Virus record (IMG/VR): IMGVR_UViG_3300044513_002895
Coordinates: 1-38,611 of that record
Direction: 5' to 3' (one strand)
From: a virus
Lineage: Duplodnaviria; Caudoviricetes
Length of the DNA: 38,611 nt
Position 1 is the stretch's first letter. Every line of letters begins with the position of its first letter. Below the pieces are notes generated by a model. It worked only from the letters and a program-made list of their open reading frames with translations. It ran no database searches and was not told the DNA's origin. This document shows positions 1-8,976 of the stretch, in pieces. Made by a program: the position numbers and the translations under genes.

Positions 1-156
1 ATCGAAAGTTTAGGGTATAAATGCACAGACGAACAAGCAGAAGAAGTTTTGTATCTCGCAGAAAATAATCACGATGCCACAGTAGGAATAAATTGGGAAG
101 TTTTAGAAGAGTGGTGCGAGTATGTTGGACTTCAACGAAAAGAAGAACTAGAATGA
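1..156 (+). CDS. Hypothetical phage protein, 5'-truncated by the window edge
   Basis: Frame 1 is open from base 1: IESLGYKCTDEQAEEVLYLAENNHDATVGINWEVLEEWCEYVGLQRKEELE-stop. Its TGA overlaps the next ATG (ATGA at 153-156). Not in the ORF track. Confidence 0.75.
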   Translation: MESLGYKCTDEQAEEVLYLAENNHDATVGINWEVLEEWCEYVGLQRKEELE

Positions 157-341
157 CTGTACAAGAATTAATAACGTCTCTACAAAAGATAGAAGACAAG
201 CAAAGAAAAATTGAATTCACTATTCGTGACCCATCAGGGATTCAGTATTCAAATACGAACAATCTATTTATCAATACTAAAGATGAGAATTTTGAATTAT
301 TCACATTTTCACTTTTACTAACAGCAAAAGGTAGGTATTAG
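153..341 (+). CDS. Small hypothetical phage protein (62 aa, MTVQELITSLQK...)
   Basis: Part of ORF 93..341. Start moved to the ATG at 153, which is coupled to the upstream stop; an 'MTVxELIxxL' N-terminus is common in small phage genes. Confidence 0.7.
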   Translation: MTVQELITSLQKIEDKQRKIEFTIRDPSGIQYSNTNNLFINTKDENFELFTFSLLLTAKGRY

Positions 342-366
342 ACATAAAGTCGAATATGTAAACAAC

Positions 367-395
367 GGAGAGGCTTTTGTCTCTCCTTTTTTTTT
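367..395 (+). terminator. Rho-independent terminator
   Basis: GGAGAGGC-TTTT-GTCTCTCC stem-loop followed by T9. Confidence 0.85.
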
Positions 396-413
396 ATATG
401 AATTAGAATTTTC

Positions 414-443
414 TTGCATATGTAAATACAATGTATTAACTTG
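414..443 (+). promoter_or_regulatory. Possible degenerate Bacteroidota-type promoter
   Basis: TTG (414-416), a 19-nt spacer, then TTAACTTG. This is an imperfect match to -33 TTTG / -7 TAnnTTTG, placed just after a terminator and before gene 470. Confidence 0.3.
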
Positions 444-469
444 CAGAATAATTACTAAAATCTAATACA

Positions 470-682
470 ATGTCAAACAAAAAAACACCTTTTGATTTTA
501 AGGTAACACTTATTAAGAAGAAAAACGAATATGCTTACGAGTATACTTGCCCTACTTCAATTACAACAAGCGTTAAGCATACTTTTTCGCCAAATGAACT
601 CGATGATGATGCACCAGCTTTTGTAGAGAACTGTCGAAAAGCCTTCGAAAAAAGTCTTAAATTTGATTCATCAAATCTTTAA
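470..682 (+). CDS. Hypothetical protein (70 aa)
   Basis: ORF with an A-rich leader; first gene after the terminator. Confidence 0.7.
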   Translation: MSNKKTPFDFKVTLIKKKNEYAYEYTCPTSITTSVKHTFSPNELDDDAPAFVENCRKAFEKSLKFDSSNL

Positions 683-685
683 ACT

Positions 686-1051
686 ATGGAAGGACTTATA
701 GTTTACAAGGTTTACGAGCAAGAAATTGCTGAGACGTATGGAATTTCAACATCATACAAAGGAATTATATTACATGCAACATATGATGAACTTGTCAAAG
801 CATTGGGAGAACCAACTTTCCCTTTGGCAAACTATGACGAGACTGTACAGAAATCATGGGTGTGCAGATGGAACTCTAGCACCTATGAAATCTATGACTT
901 GAACAACTTTGATGAGGAGTATGCTATGAACTATAACAAAAGATGGTACATAAATACTGACTCTCAAGGTGATGCACTTAAATTTGCAAATCAGATTGAA
1001 GATTTGATAAACAAAAGAGAATTAAAATCTGAAGAAAATGGGATTAACTAA
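686..1051 (+). CDS. Hypothetical phage protein (121 aa)
   Basis: Tightly packed ORF with globular composition (ATYDELVKALGEP...W...YEIYD). Confidence 0.75.
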   Translation: MEGLIVYKVYEQEIAETYGISTSYKGIILHATYDELVKALGEPTFPLANYDETVQKSWVCRWNSSTYEIYDLNNFDEEYAMNYNKRWYINTDSQGDALKFANQIEDLINKRELKSEENGIN

Positions 1052-1313
1052 AAAACTTTTAGATGAACAATACTACAAAGATGCTCAATACGACCTTGAG
1101 TATGACGAATACCTTCATTACTTACTTAAAGGGAGTGAAAAAAGCAAGGAGAAAAAAACATTATACAAACATATCAGAACGTTTATTCAGATTACGATGG
1201 GAGGTTTTAAAAACTTGCGTACATTTCGGATTAGGAAAGATTCCAAGAGAAGAATTTCTAGAAACAATAGAGGTTTTAAGTTTGCGTTTAGCAAAAAGAG
1301 AAACTTATTTTAA
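1038..1313 (+). CDS. Hypothetical protein; overlaps ORF 1063..1338 in another frame
   Basis: The start overlaps the end of gene 686 and the acidic/aromatic N-half looks protein-like. The C-half may be a shadow. Confidence 0.45.
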   Translation: MGLTKKLLDEQYYKDAQYDLEYDEYLHYLLKGSEKSKEKKTLYKHIRTFIQITMGGFKNLRTFRIRKDSKRRISRNNRGFKFAFSKKRNLF

Positions 1314-1338
1314 TTCAATAAGAAAATACATTGGATAG
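1063..1338 (+). CDS. Hypothetical protein; true start uncertain (ATG 1102 possible)
   Basis: The C-half reads as amphipathic helices and the stop overlaps the start of ORF 1331. Confidence 0.5.
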   Translation: MNNTTKMLNTTLSMTNTFITYLKGVKKARRKKHYTNISERLFRLRWEVLKTCVHFGLGKIPREEFLETIEVLSLRLAKRETYFNSIRKYIG

Positions 1339-1771
1339 AAACTCAAAAATCAGAAGACTGTACAATACTGAAGCAACTAAAAACAAGGTGTTTTCTTTTG
1401 CTGATGATACAGATAACATTATCCTGCCTAGAATTAAGGTAGAGAAAAGAAAAATAGACACTAAATATTTTTACGAGATGTATAACAACTCCTCTGATAT
1501 TGGTATGCCTATTGAAGATTGGCTTATTGACTTTGCACTAGACAAAGGACTTGTTACGTTATCTGATGCTATGTGCTATACTTTTGCAGTCAGAAAATTA
1601 GAAAAAACTAGAAGACGTAAGCCAAAGACTGATCAAGAAGAAGAAAGAAAACAAACTGAGATAGATAATCTCACTAATAAAATCAAAAAACTCAAATTAA
1701 AAAATCCAATCAATTTAAATCAAATAAAACATGAGTACATTCAAAAAACTACAAGAACCACTACAGGGTAG
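1331..1771 (+). CDS. Hypothetical protein with C-terminal coiled coil (146 aa, TTG start)
   Basis: ORF fills the gap in the operon and overlaps the next gene by 41 nt. Confidence 0.65.
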   Translation: MDRNSKIRRLYNTEATKNKVFSFADDTDNIILPRIKVEKRKIDTKYFYEMYNNSSDIGMPIEDWLIDFALDKGLVTLSDAMCYTFAVRKLEKTRRRKPKTDQEEERKQTEIDNLTNKIKKLKLKNPINLNQIKHEYIQKTTRTTTG

Positions 1772-2237
1772 TGATCTTATTTTAAGAGTAGGACATCAAG
1801 TCGGATCATGGTGCACTTTAATGGTGTATAAAGATGCTAGAGTAGACATGACTAGACTAGATGAAGTCGTGGGTGCTGAAAATTGGCAACGAAGACACTA
1901 TTCAGAAAAAAACACTTTATTTTGTTCCGTTGGAATTAAAATCAACAACGAATGGGTATGGAAGGACGATGCAGGAGAGCCATCTAACGTACACGAACAA
2001 AAAGGAGAGTCATCTGATTCTTTTAAAAGAGCCTGTGTTAATTGGGGTATAGGTAAAGAATTATATGAAGAGCCATACAAAGGTATTAGCTTAACATTAA
2101 AAGCTAGTGATTTAGACAAGAAGGGCAAACTAAGTCTATTCGGATGGCAATTAAAAAACAAGATTGAGAACGGAAAGGTTGTCAAGATAGGTGTGTTTGA
2201 TAAATCAGGGGAACTAAGATTTAGTAAATCGATATGA
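1731..2237 (+). CDS. Rad52/Sak-family single-strand annealing recombinase
   Basis: Motifs YKDARVDMTRLDEVVGAENWQ, WVWKDDAG and KGESSDSFKRACVNWGIGKELY match the Rad52/Rad22 phage family as recalled; it sits next to an exonuclease. Confidence 0.88.
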   Translation: MSTFKKLQEPLQGSDLILRVGHQVGSWCTLMVYKDARVDMTRLDEVVGAENWQRRHYSEKNTLFCSVGIKINNEWVWKDDAGEPSNVHEQKGESSDSFKRACVNWGIGKELYEEPYKGISLTLKASDLDKKGKLSLFGWQLKNKIENGKVVKIGVFDKSGELRFSKSI

Positions 2238-2980
2238 TACAGACAGACTTCACTCAGTACAAATTTCGCTGTTCTTCATTAGGTGTTTTAATGACAGAGC
2301 CAAGAAATAAAAAAGACAAGTTATCTAAAACAACTATGTCTGAATTAAAGGAACTACATTCAGAAGCCTTGTTTGGTTATAGACGAGAATTTAGCAACAT
2401 ATACACCAAGAAGGGTAATATGAATGAAGATGATTCGATAAGGCTGTTGTCTGAGATACACGACAGACCATTCGATTCTCTATATACAAAGAATGAGAAG
2501 TCATTCGAAAATGAATTTATTAAAGGAACTCCTGACATTCACATTGAAAACGAATTTTTAGGAGATGTAAAGACAAGTTATTCTGATGAAACTTTTCCCA
2601 TGTATGAAGATTTTAGTGATTTAAAAACATACAATAAAAATTACTATTGGCAGATGCAGGGGTATATGTGGTTAACAGGATTAAACAAAAGCATTTTAGC
2701 ATATTGTTTAGTCGACTCTGATTTAGAGGTGGTAGAATACGATAAATTCAAAAAAGCTAGAGAACTTAATGTAATAGATTTACCTGAAGAAATAGAGCAG
2801 GGTATACATTTAAATCATTCTCCATCACAGAGAATACCATATGACTCAATAAGGGTATCGCAATTCCCTGTAGCATTAAATGAAAACGACATTGAGAAAT
2901 TAAAGGAAAGGATTTCTGATTGTCGTGAATATATGAACCAGCTTTCCGAATTTTTAAACAACAAAATACAATTAAAATGA
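2234..2980 (+). CDS. YqaJ/lambda-Exo-like exonuclease (PD-(D/E)xK)
   Basis: FRCSSLG, KGxxxE, GTPDI, DVKTS and YYWQMQGYMWLTG motifs. Confidence 0.85.
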   Translation: MIQTDFTQYKFRCSSLGVLMTEPRNKKDKLSKTTMSELKELHSEALFGYRREFSNIYTKKGNMNEDDSIRLLSEIHDRPFDSLYTKNEKSFENEFIKGTPDIHIENEFLGDVKTSYSDETFPMYEDFSDLKTYNKNYYWQMQGYMWLTGLNKSILAYCLVDSDLEVVEYDKFKKARELNVIDLPEEIEQGIHLNHSPSQRIPYDSIRVSQFPVALNENDIEKLKERISDCREYMNQLSEFLNNKIQLK

Positions 2981-3285
2981 GCAATTTCGAAAGAAACCCA
3001 GGAACAGTAACAGTTTGGCAAACTTCTAAACGAGATCTAGAAGTAACACCAAATAGACCTGTCATGACAGGAGAATTGAAAACACCAAATGGAGAAACAT
3101 TGAGTATATCTCTTTGGTGGGCAACCGAAAAAGATAGTGGTGATAAAAAATTAGACAAGAACAACAACCACTACTTAACAGGTAATATACAAGTACCTCA
3201 ACCACCTAATAAAGGAGGAAACAACAATAGTTTTGATAATACAAACCAAAAAGCACAAGAAATTTCATCATGGGAAATCAATTAA
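2977..3285 (+). CDS. Putative single-stranded DNA-binding (OB-fold) protein
   Basis: Short beta-rich core (RPVMTGEL...ISLWW...YLTGNIQ) with an N/Q/P-rich tail, directly after the annealase and exonuclease. Confidence 0.6.
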   Translation: MSNFERNPGTVTVWQTSKRDLEVTPNRPVMTGELKTPNGETLSISLWWATEKDSGDKKLDKNNNHYLTGNIQVPQPPNKGGNNNSFDNTNQKAQEISSWEIN

Positions 3286-3404
3286 AGGATACTCATGTTT
3301 TATTGCGAATCAATCAAAAACAAAAAAGCAAGTGGAAATCAAAAGCTGATTTAGAAAAAAAACCACTTAGTGATTGGATACGCAGTAAATGTGAAAGTGA
3401 ATAA
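3270..3404 (+). CDS. Small ribbon-helix-helix DNA-binding protein (44 aa; not in ORF track)
   Basis: Hand translation: MGNQLKDTHVLLRINQKQKSKWKSKADLEKKPLSDWIRSKCESE. It has a beta strand 'VLLRI', a helix ending K..W...A, and a second helix 'LSDWIR'. Confidence 0.7.
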   Translation: MGNQLKDTHVLLRINQKQKSKWKSKADLEKKPLSDWIRSKCESE

Positions 3405-3422
3405 CAGATGTTAATTTTGATC

Positions 3423-3446
3423 AAGGGGTAGAAATTCTGCCCCTTT
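3423..3446 (+). terminator. Intergenic stem-loop (weak terminator, processing site or operator)
   Basis: AAGGGGTAGA-AAT-TCTGCCCCTT with only a short U-tract. Confidence 0.45.
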
Positions 3447-3465
3447 ATCATCTAAATAAAATTAA

Positions 3466-3969
3466 ATGCAGAAAAAAACAAGAAAGACTGGTAAAGTCAT
3501 CAAGAGACCATACATATCTAAAGATGAGGTCATGATACAATTAAAAGGTACACTTGATATCAGCGTCTTTAATAAAAAAAACTTACACAAAAGATATAGA
3601 CCACTGATTGAAGAAAGGGCTCAGTGGTATTATTTTCTTTACAGATACACTAGGCTTAGTTTACAAGAAATAGGAGGCATGTTTAATAAAAACCACGCCA
3701 CTGTAATTCACTCTATAAATAATTACACTGAAACTCTTCTTTTTTATCCAGGAGATATTACAGACAGACACAATATGCTTACAAGTATATTTGATCCTAT
3801 CGCTGAGAAAAATCGGTTATACCTGCAAAATCGAAATATAGGAAAAGAAAATGCTATGGATAATGATATTGTCATAATCAAACAACGTGAAATGATTGGC
3901 AAGTTAATGCAAGCAAACATCAAATTAATAGAGAGAATAAAAAAGCTAGAAAACGAGGCTAAGAAATGA
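3466..3969 (+). CDS. HTH protein similar to the DnaA C-terminal DNA-binding domain, plus coiled coil
   Basis: TRLSLQEIGGMFNKNHATVIHSI matches the DnaA domain IV signature. There is no AAA+ domain, so it is not DnaA itself. Confidence 0.8.
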   Translation: MQKKTRKTGKVIKRPYISKDEVMIQLKGTLDISVFNKKNLHKRYRPLIEERAQWYYFLYRYTRLSLQEIGGMFNKNHATVIHSINNYTETLLFYPGDITDRHNMLTSIFDPIAEKNRLYLQNRNIGKENAMDNDIVIIKQREMIGKLMQANIKLIERIKKLENEAKK

Positions 3970-4616
3970 ATGGATTTATAAAGCTAGAGAGGGGAATATT
4001 TGATTGGGAGTGGTATACTGAACAAGACACTTCTAGAATGTTTATTCATTTACTCCTGAAGGCAAATCACAAGAAAGCGAAGGTCAATGGCAAAGTTGTA
4101 GAAAGGGGTCAAACAATAACTTCTATACCAAGGCTTTCAGATCAATTGTGTATGTCTTTTTTTAAGGTAAGAAAGGCACTAGCTAATTTAAAGCAGACAG
4201 GAGAGATTTCAATCGAGACAACAAACAACTATTCCCTTGTAACTATCAGTAAATACAATAAATACCAAGGTTTCTATGACACTACTACCACAGACGAAAA
4301 ACAGTCTGACGACAGTCAAAACACAACAAACAATAAGGATAATAATGATATAGAAGATAATATAAATATAAGCCAATGGCAAAAAAACTACTTATCCAAT
4401 CAAAGACTTATAGATTCTGTTTCAAGAGAAAATAAAATGGATATTGAATTTATAAAAAAGGGTTTAATTAGTTTTGTTAAAACACAAATGTCTGTCGACA
4501 ACATAGAACAATCAACAATTGAATTTAATAGACACTTCCTTAACTATCTAAGAAAAATGAAATCATCTGTAGTCAAAAGTTATGGCAGAGGGAAGTATGA
4601 TCAAACAGCATATTAA
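3966..4616 (+). CDS. Phage replication initiator / replisome-organiser-like protein
   Basis: N-terminal GFIKLER..DWEWY...FIHLLLKANH...RGQTITS...L winged-helix pattern, then an N/D/T-rich linker and a small C-terminal domain; abuts the helicase gene. Confidence 0.78.
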   Translation: MNGFIKLERGIFDWEWYTEQDTSRMFIHLLLKANHKKAKVNGKVVERGQTITSIPRLSDQLCMSFFKVRKALANLKQTGEISIETTNNYSLVTISKYNKYQGFYDTTTTDEKQSDDSQNTTNNKDNNDIEDNINISQWQKNYLSNQRLIDSVSRENKMDIEFIKKGLISFVKTQMSVDNIEQSTIEFNRHFLNYLRKMKSSVVKSYGRGKYDQTAY

Positions 4617-6469
4617 TGAGAAACATAATTGAGTGGGAAACAATAGAGCAGTTAACTCAAGGTAAAAGAGGCAAGACCTTAAAAATAGTCTGCCCAAACT
4701 GTAAGGATACAAGATCTAACAAAAGAGACAAAGCACTTAGTGTAAATTTAGATAAAGGGTTAGCTAAATGTCACTACTGCGATTCTATATCTTACAGAAA
4801 AGATAAATCAAATAATTACAAGAAACAGTATACACTTCCAAAACAAAATTGGAAAAACTATACAAACTTGTCTGACAATCTAGTAAAATATATTGAGGTA
4901 AAAAGAAAAATTAAACAGTCTACTCTGAAAGACTTAGGCGTTACACAAGAAAAATATTATCAACCACAATTAGGCAAAGAAACAGAAAACATTGTTTTCA
5001 ATTACTTCGAACTTAATACTGTAGTAAATAAAAAATACAGAGATTCTAAAAAAAACTTTACACAGTCTAAAAACGGAAAAAGCATTTTTTACAACATAAA
5101 TTCTATCATAGGGCAGGATGAGGTTTATATTGTTGAGGGAGAGTTTGATGTCCTTGCTATGCATCAGTGTGGATACAAAAACACAATTAGTTTACCGAAT
5201 GGTGCAAACGACAATGATGATGTATGGATAAACTGCAAGGATTATGTTACTGATGTGAAAAAGTTTTACATATGCACAGACAACGATGCATCTGGAGAAG
5301 AAGTATCAGATAAGATAGCACAAAGATTAGGTAGATATAGATGTGTAAGAGTGTTATTTGAAAATAAAGATGCAAATGGAGAACTAATTCAAAACGGAGA
5401 AGATGGCATAAAAAAATCCATAGACAACGCTAAATTTTATAAAAGCCAAGGAACATTTACTGTAGATGATTTATACGATGGCATTTTAGAGCTCCACGAT
5501 CACGGAATACCTAAGACGATATTTCCTAAGTCATCTGCATTCTCAGGACTAGAAGAAGCTTTCTCTGTTTTAAGGGGACAGCTCACTGTTGTAACAGGTA
5601 TTCCATCACATGGTAAAAGTACCTTTCTAGAGTGGTATATAATGAATCTTGTTCAAGATTACGGAATGAAAGCATCCTTCTTTTCTCCTGAACATCATCC
5701 CATGGAACTGCATCAAAGTTTGTTTATTCAAAAGTTTTATGGCAGGAATTTTTGGTATGACACGTCAGGTCTTCCTAGGATAACTAAAAAAGAAATAGAG
5801 ACATATAAAAAATGGGCTAAAGAAAAAATATATTTAACCTCAACAAAAGATGGTGTTTACCCAAAATGGGATTGGCTCTTAAACGTATTCAAAGAACAAG
5901 TCTTTGTTTATGGAATAGATATCTTCGTCATAGATGCTTTCAATAAGCTTGAATTTCAAAACCCTTCTCTTCACGAATTGCAAAACATTAGAACTGTTTT
6001 AACCAAACTAACTATGTTTGCCCAAATGAACAACGTCATAATATTTTTAGTTGCACACCCAAAGAAGATGGAAAAGGATGTTGACAACAAATACAAGATG
6101 CCAGACTTATACAGCATTAGTGGTAGTGCTGATTTTAGAAACCAAGCACATTCTGGATTTAGTATATATAGACACTTTAGTGATGGTGTAACATCTAAGG
6201 GGGATCCTGTTTTTGAAAACCAAGTAGAATTTAGAACTGAAAAAGTAAAACTTAGTTACCAGGGGGAGATTGCAAAGTCTGTTTTGTTTAATTATCACAA
6301 GCCAAGTGGAAGATATTATACAGGCGAGGAACCTCCTGTGTATAGACTTGATGAGAACAATCTGTCTAACATAAGTGACATTATTGTTGAACAAGATATT
6401 AACAATCTGAAAAACAAAACTTTACAGGATGCCTTTGGAAAAAAAGAAGAAAGCGGTCTACCATTCTAA
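4616..6469 (+). CDS. Bifunctional DNA primase-helicase (T7 gp4/Twinkle-like)
   Basis: Zn finger CPNC...CHYC, TOPRIM IVEGEFD and TDND, Walker A GIPSHGKST, SF4 motifs FVID, LVAHPKK and YSISGSADF. Confidence 0.93.
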   Translation: MRNIIEWETIEQLTQGKRGKTLKIVCPNCKDTRSNKRDKALSVNLDKGLAKCHYCDSISYRKDKSNNYKKQYTLPKQNWKNYTNLSDNLVKYIEVKRKIKQSTLKDLGVTQEKYYQPQLGKETENIVFNYFELNTVVNKKYRDSKKNFTQSKNGKSIFYNINSIIGQDEVYIVEGEFDVLAMHQCGYKNTISLPNGANDNDDVWINCKDYVTDVKKFYICTDNDASGEEVSDKIAQRLGRYRCVRVLFENKDANGELIQNGEDGIKKSIDNAKFYKSQGTFTVDDLYDGILELHDHGIPKTIFPKSSAFSGLEEAFSVLRGQLTVVTGIPSHGKSTFLEWYIMNLVQDYGMKASFFSPEHHPMELHQSLFIQKFYGRNFWYDTSGLPRITKKEIETYKKWAKEKIYLTSTKDGVYPKWDWLLNVFKEQVFVYGIDIFVIDAFNKLEFQNPSLHELQNIRTVLTKLTMFAQMNNVIIFLVAHPKKMEKDVDNKYKMPDLYSISGSADFRNQAHSGFSIYRHFSDGVTSKGDPVFENQVEFRTEKVKLSYQGEIAKSVLFNYHKPSGRYYTGEEPPVYRLDENNLSNISDIIVEQDINNLKNKTLQDAFGKKEESGLPF

Positions 6470-6722
6470 AAACTATAACGTATATTATGGTTTGAATGCC
6501 ATGAATTGGTGTTTGAAAAACAAAATCAAAATCAATCCTATCCCAACAAAGGAAGGGGTCTACATAGAAGCTGTTAAGGGAAATAAAGTGCACAGACTTC
6601 CAGAGTTATTTAATAACAAAACGGTATCTGACGCTATATTAATGGGTTACATTAGGCTGTATGAATCCTATTGTAAAGACCAAAACCCAATGTTAAAAAC
6701 AAAAATCGTAAAAGACATTTAA
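6429..6722 (+). CDS. Hypothetical protein (start uncertain)
   Basis: ORF continues the operon and overlaps the 3' end of the helicase gene. Confidence 0.6.
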   Translation: MPLEKKKKAVYHSKNYNVYYGLNAMNWCLKNKIKINPIPTKEGVYIEAVKGNKVHRLPELFNNKTVSDAILMGYIRLYESYCKDQNPMLKTKIVKDI

Positions 6723-6756
6723 GAAAATCTAATTTAATAACTTTATATAAGAGTAT

Positions 6757-7053
6757 ATGGAACAAACAGAACACATAACAAGATACTACGAGAGATTACA
6801 TGCAGAAAGACAGCATGAAGACTTCAGCGTTCAAGAAGAAATCAATTGGATAATGCTGAATGGTGAAACGCAATCAGAAATAATAGATTGGCTATTATGT
6901 TTTGATGCTACACTTAATATGGATATCGATAAGAAATCTACTAAAAGTTTTAAAGAAGAGGTTAGAAGATATTCTAGGGCGATATACAGGGCAATAAAAA
7001 AGGTAGATCAAAAGCTTGGGGAAGATTTTCTCAAGGCACAAGACAAAGAGTGA
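6757..7053 (+). CDS. Hypothetical protein (98 aa)
   Basis: ATG ORF with helical composition, in the module's orientation. Confidence 0.75.
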   Translation: MEQTEHITRYYERLHAERQHEDFSVQEEINWIMLNGETQSEIIDWLLCFDATLNMDIDKKSTKSFKEEVRRYSRAIYRAIKKVDQKLGEDFLKAQDKE

Positions 7054-7217
7054 CAAAGCGTGATATTTATATAAACTATATATGTAATAAGTTGAGGGAC
7101 ACAGTAGATAATTTACAAGAGTCCTTATACGACACGGACAAGTCAGCTCCAATTCAAAATGCCAACGAAATAATCTCAATAAGCTATACAATAATGAACC
7201 AACTAGAAGAGCAATGA
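7050..7217 (+). CDS. Small hypothetical protein (55 aa; not in ORF track)
   Basis: GTG start in a GTGA overlap and TGA stop in an ATGA overlap. MTKRDIYINYICNKLRDTVDNLQESLYDTDKSAPIQNANEIISISYTIMNQLEEQ fills the gap exactly. Confidence 0.75.
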   Translation: MTKRDIYINYICNKLRDTVDNLQESLYDTDKSAPIQNANEIISISYTIMNQLEEQ

Positions 7218-8401
7218 GATTAACTGAAGATCAAAAAAAAGAGCAAGAAGATTACAACAAAGAAGTAAAAGAGGAAGCACTTTACTTGTATAGAGGTGGT
7301 ATGAGCAACATCTCTAAAATCACTAGAACACTCATGTCACAGGATTATAAGATATGGGGAACAAACACATTCCCAAACTTCAGGAGGGTTGTAGAGAAAA
7401 TTATAAGACAGAACAAGCTAGAGTCAGAACAACCAAGCTTGTTTGAAGAGTGTAATACAATAGGAATTGATGCTTCTACTGTAAAACACGCATGGTATAA
7501 AGGGAAACATTGGTCTATAAACTTTAAGCCTGATACTACAGGTCCAACTTTTGACCAGATGTACGATGACCATTTAGAGTCACTGTCAAACCATACTTAT
7601 CAGTATGAACCCATTGTGCGTGAAAAACTAACAGATCCACACCTTTTGGTTATTGATCCTGCTGATGTTCACATAGGTAAATACGCAAATACATTTGGAA
7701 CTCATGGAGAATACAATCAAAACATAGCAGTTTCACGTGTTAAGGAGGGTATTGAGAAAATTTTAAAGTACACACAGTCTTTCGAGATAGATAAAATATT
7801 GTTTGTGGGGGGTAATGACATACTACATACGGATGATACCAGGAGAAGAACTACAAAAGGAACTCCACAAGACACAGATGGTATGTGGTACGACAATTAT
7901 CTCACGGCAAAGCAGCTCTATATAGACTGTCTAGAAAAGCTTATAAATATTGCTGATGTTCACTACGTATTTAATCCGAGCAATCATGATCATATGGGTG
8001 GATTTTTTTTAAGTGATATGATACAGACGTGGTTTAAAGAGTGTGATAACATAACTTTCGATGTTGATATGACAGACAGAAAGTATTTTCTTTATGGTAG
8101 TAACTTAATAGGTACCACTCACGGTGATGGTGCAAAGCAAAACAACCTTGGTTCTTTGATGACTATAGAAGCTAAAGATATGTGGGCAAAAGCAAAACAC
8201 ACGTACTTTTATGTGCATCATATACACCACAAAACATCTAAAGACTACATAAACGTGACTGTTGAATCGTTAAGAAGTCCATCGACATCTGATTATTGGC
8301 ACCACAAAATGGGATATAAAAGCCCAGAAGCTGTAGAGGGATTCCTACACCATCCTGATAATGGTCAAGTTGCTAGATATTCATGTATATTTGACAAGTA
8401 A
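7214..8401 (+). CDS. Calcineurin-like metallophosphoesterase (Mre11/SbcD-like fold) with N-terminal extension
   Basis: Metal-binding motifs in order: ADVHIG, GGNDILH, PSNHDH, THGD, HHIHH. Confidence 0.85.
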   Translation: MRLTEDQKKEQEDYNKEVKEEALYLYRGGMSNISKITRTLMSQDYKIWGTNTFPNFRRVVEKIIRQNKLESEQPSLFEECNTIGIDASTVKHAWYKGKHWSINFKPDTTGPTFDQMYDDHLESLSNHTYQYEPIVREKLTDPHLLVIDPADVHIGKYANTFGTHGEYNQNIAVSRVKEGIEKILKYTQSFEIDKILFVGGNDILHTDDTRRRTTKGTPQDTDGMWYDNYLTAKQLYIDCLEKLINIADVHYVFNPSNHDHMGGFFLSDMIQTWFKECDNITFDVDMTDRKYFLYGSNLIGTTHGDGAKQNNLGSLMTIEAKDMWAKAKHTYFYVHHIHHKTSKDYINVTVESLRSPSTSDYWHHKMGYKSPEAVEGFLHHPDNGQVARYSCIFDK

Positions 8402-8502
8402 TGATAACTGTAATATCAATATCGTTTTTTATAATGTCAATAGGAATACTTCTTATAGGTGTAGCATTAATATTAGACGTAACTAAAAATGAAAAAAAAT
8501 GA
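8401..8502 (+). CDS. Single-TM micro-protein (33 aa; not in ORF track)
   Basis: MITVISISFFIMSIGILLIGVALILDVTKNEKK, coupled at both ends (TAATG and ATGA). Confidence 0.7.
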   Translation: MITVISISFFIMSIGILLIGVALILDVTKNEKK

Positions 8503-8741
8503 GTCAAGAAAAACAAAGTCGATTAGACAAGATGGAGAAGGACGTAAAAAACCTAACTCTAGCGGTAAACAACACACTAAAACACATCCAACACCTAAAC
8601 AAAGCAATCGGTGGGATGCAGATGATTATGGAAAATCTTCCTGGAATAGAGGACGCAATAGCCAAAGCAAAAGAGGAAATTACACAGAAAGATACTGGGA
8701 AGAAGACTGAAGAAGAAAAGCCAGAGCTGACCAATGAGTGA
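8499..8741 (+). CDS. Hypothetical coiled-coil protein (80 aa)
   Basis: Heptad pattern; ATGA coupling upstream and overlap with the next gene. Confidence 0.75.
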   Translation: MSQEKQSRLDKMEKDVKNLTLAVNNTLKHIQHLNKAIGGMQMIMENLPGIEDAIAKAKEEITQKDTGKKTEEEKPELTNE

Positions 8742-8976
8742 TAGTATAAAGAAATGGCATGAAATGCAAGAAGAAAAAGATAGACAAAACACTGTCGTTG
8801 ATCCAATTGTAGAAGATGTTATATCTAAGATGAGATCTAGGAGTGAGGTTGGTATTAAAAAGTATGGTACCACACTACACAGTAGTCCTGATGGATTCTA
8901 TGCCTTTCTAAATCATCTACAGGAGGAGCTCACCGATGCCATTCTATACATAGAAAAACTAAAGAAACAAAAATGA
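8734..8976 (+). CDS. Small phage protein, possibly all-alpha NTP pyrophosphohydrolase (MazG-like) fold
   Basis: RSEVGIKKYGTTL...LNHLQEELTDAILY contains an EExxD helix; function is inferred only. Confidence 0.55.
   Translation: MSDSIKKWHEMQEEKDRQNTVVDPIVEDVISKMRSRSEVGIKKYGTTLHSSPDGFYAFLNHLQEELTDAILYIEKLKKQK

Noticed and set aside
3466-3969. Chromosomal dnaA, implying bacterial origin DNA
   Set aside because: Only 167 aa with the HTH region, no AAA+ domain, and phage gene context.
8489-8710. Alternative-frame ORF 8489..8710
   Set aside because: Low-complexity basic shadow; 8499..8741 has the coupled start and the coiled-coil pattern.
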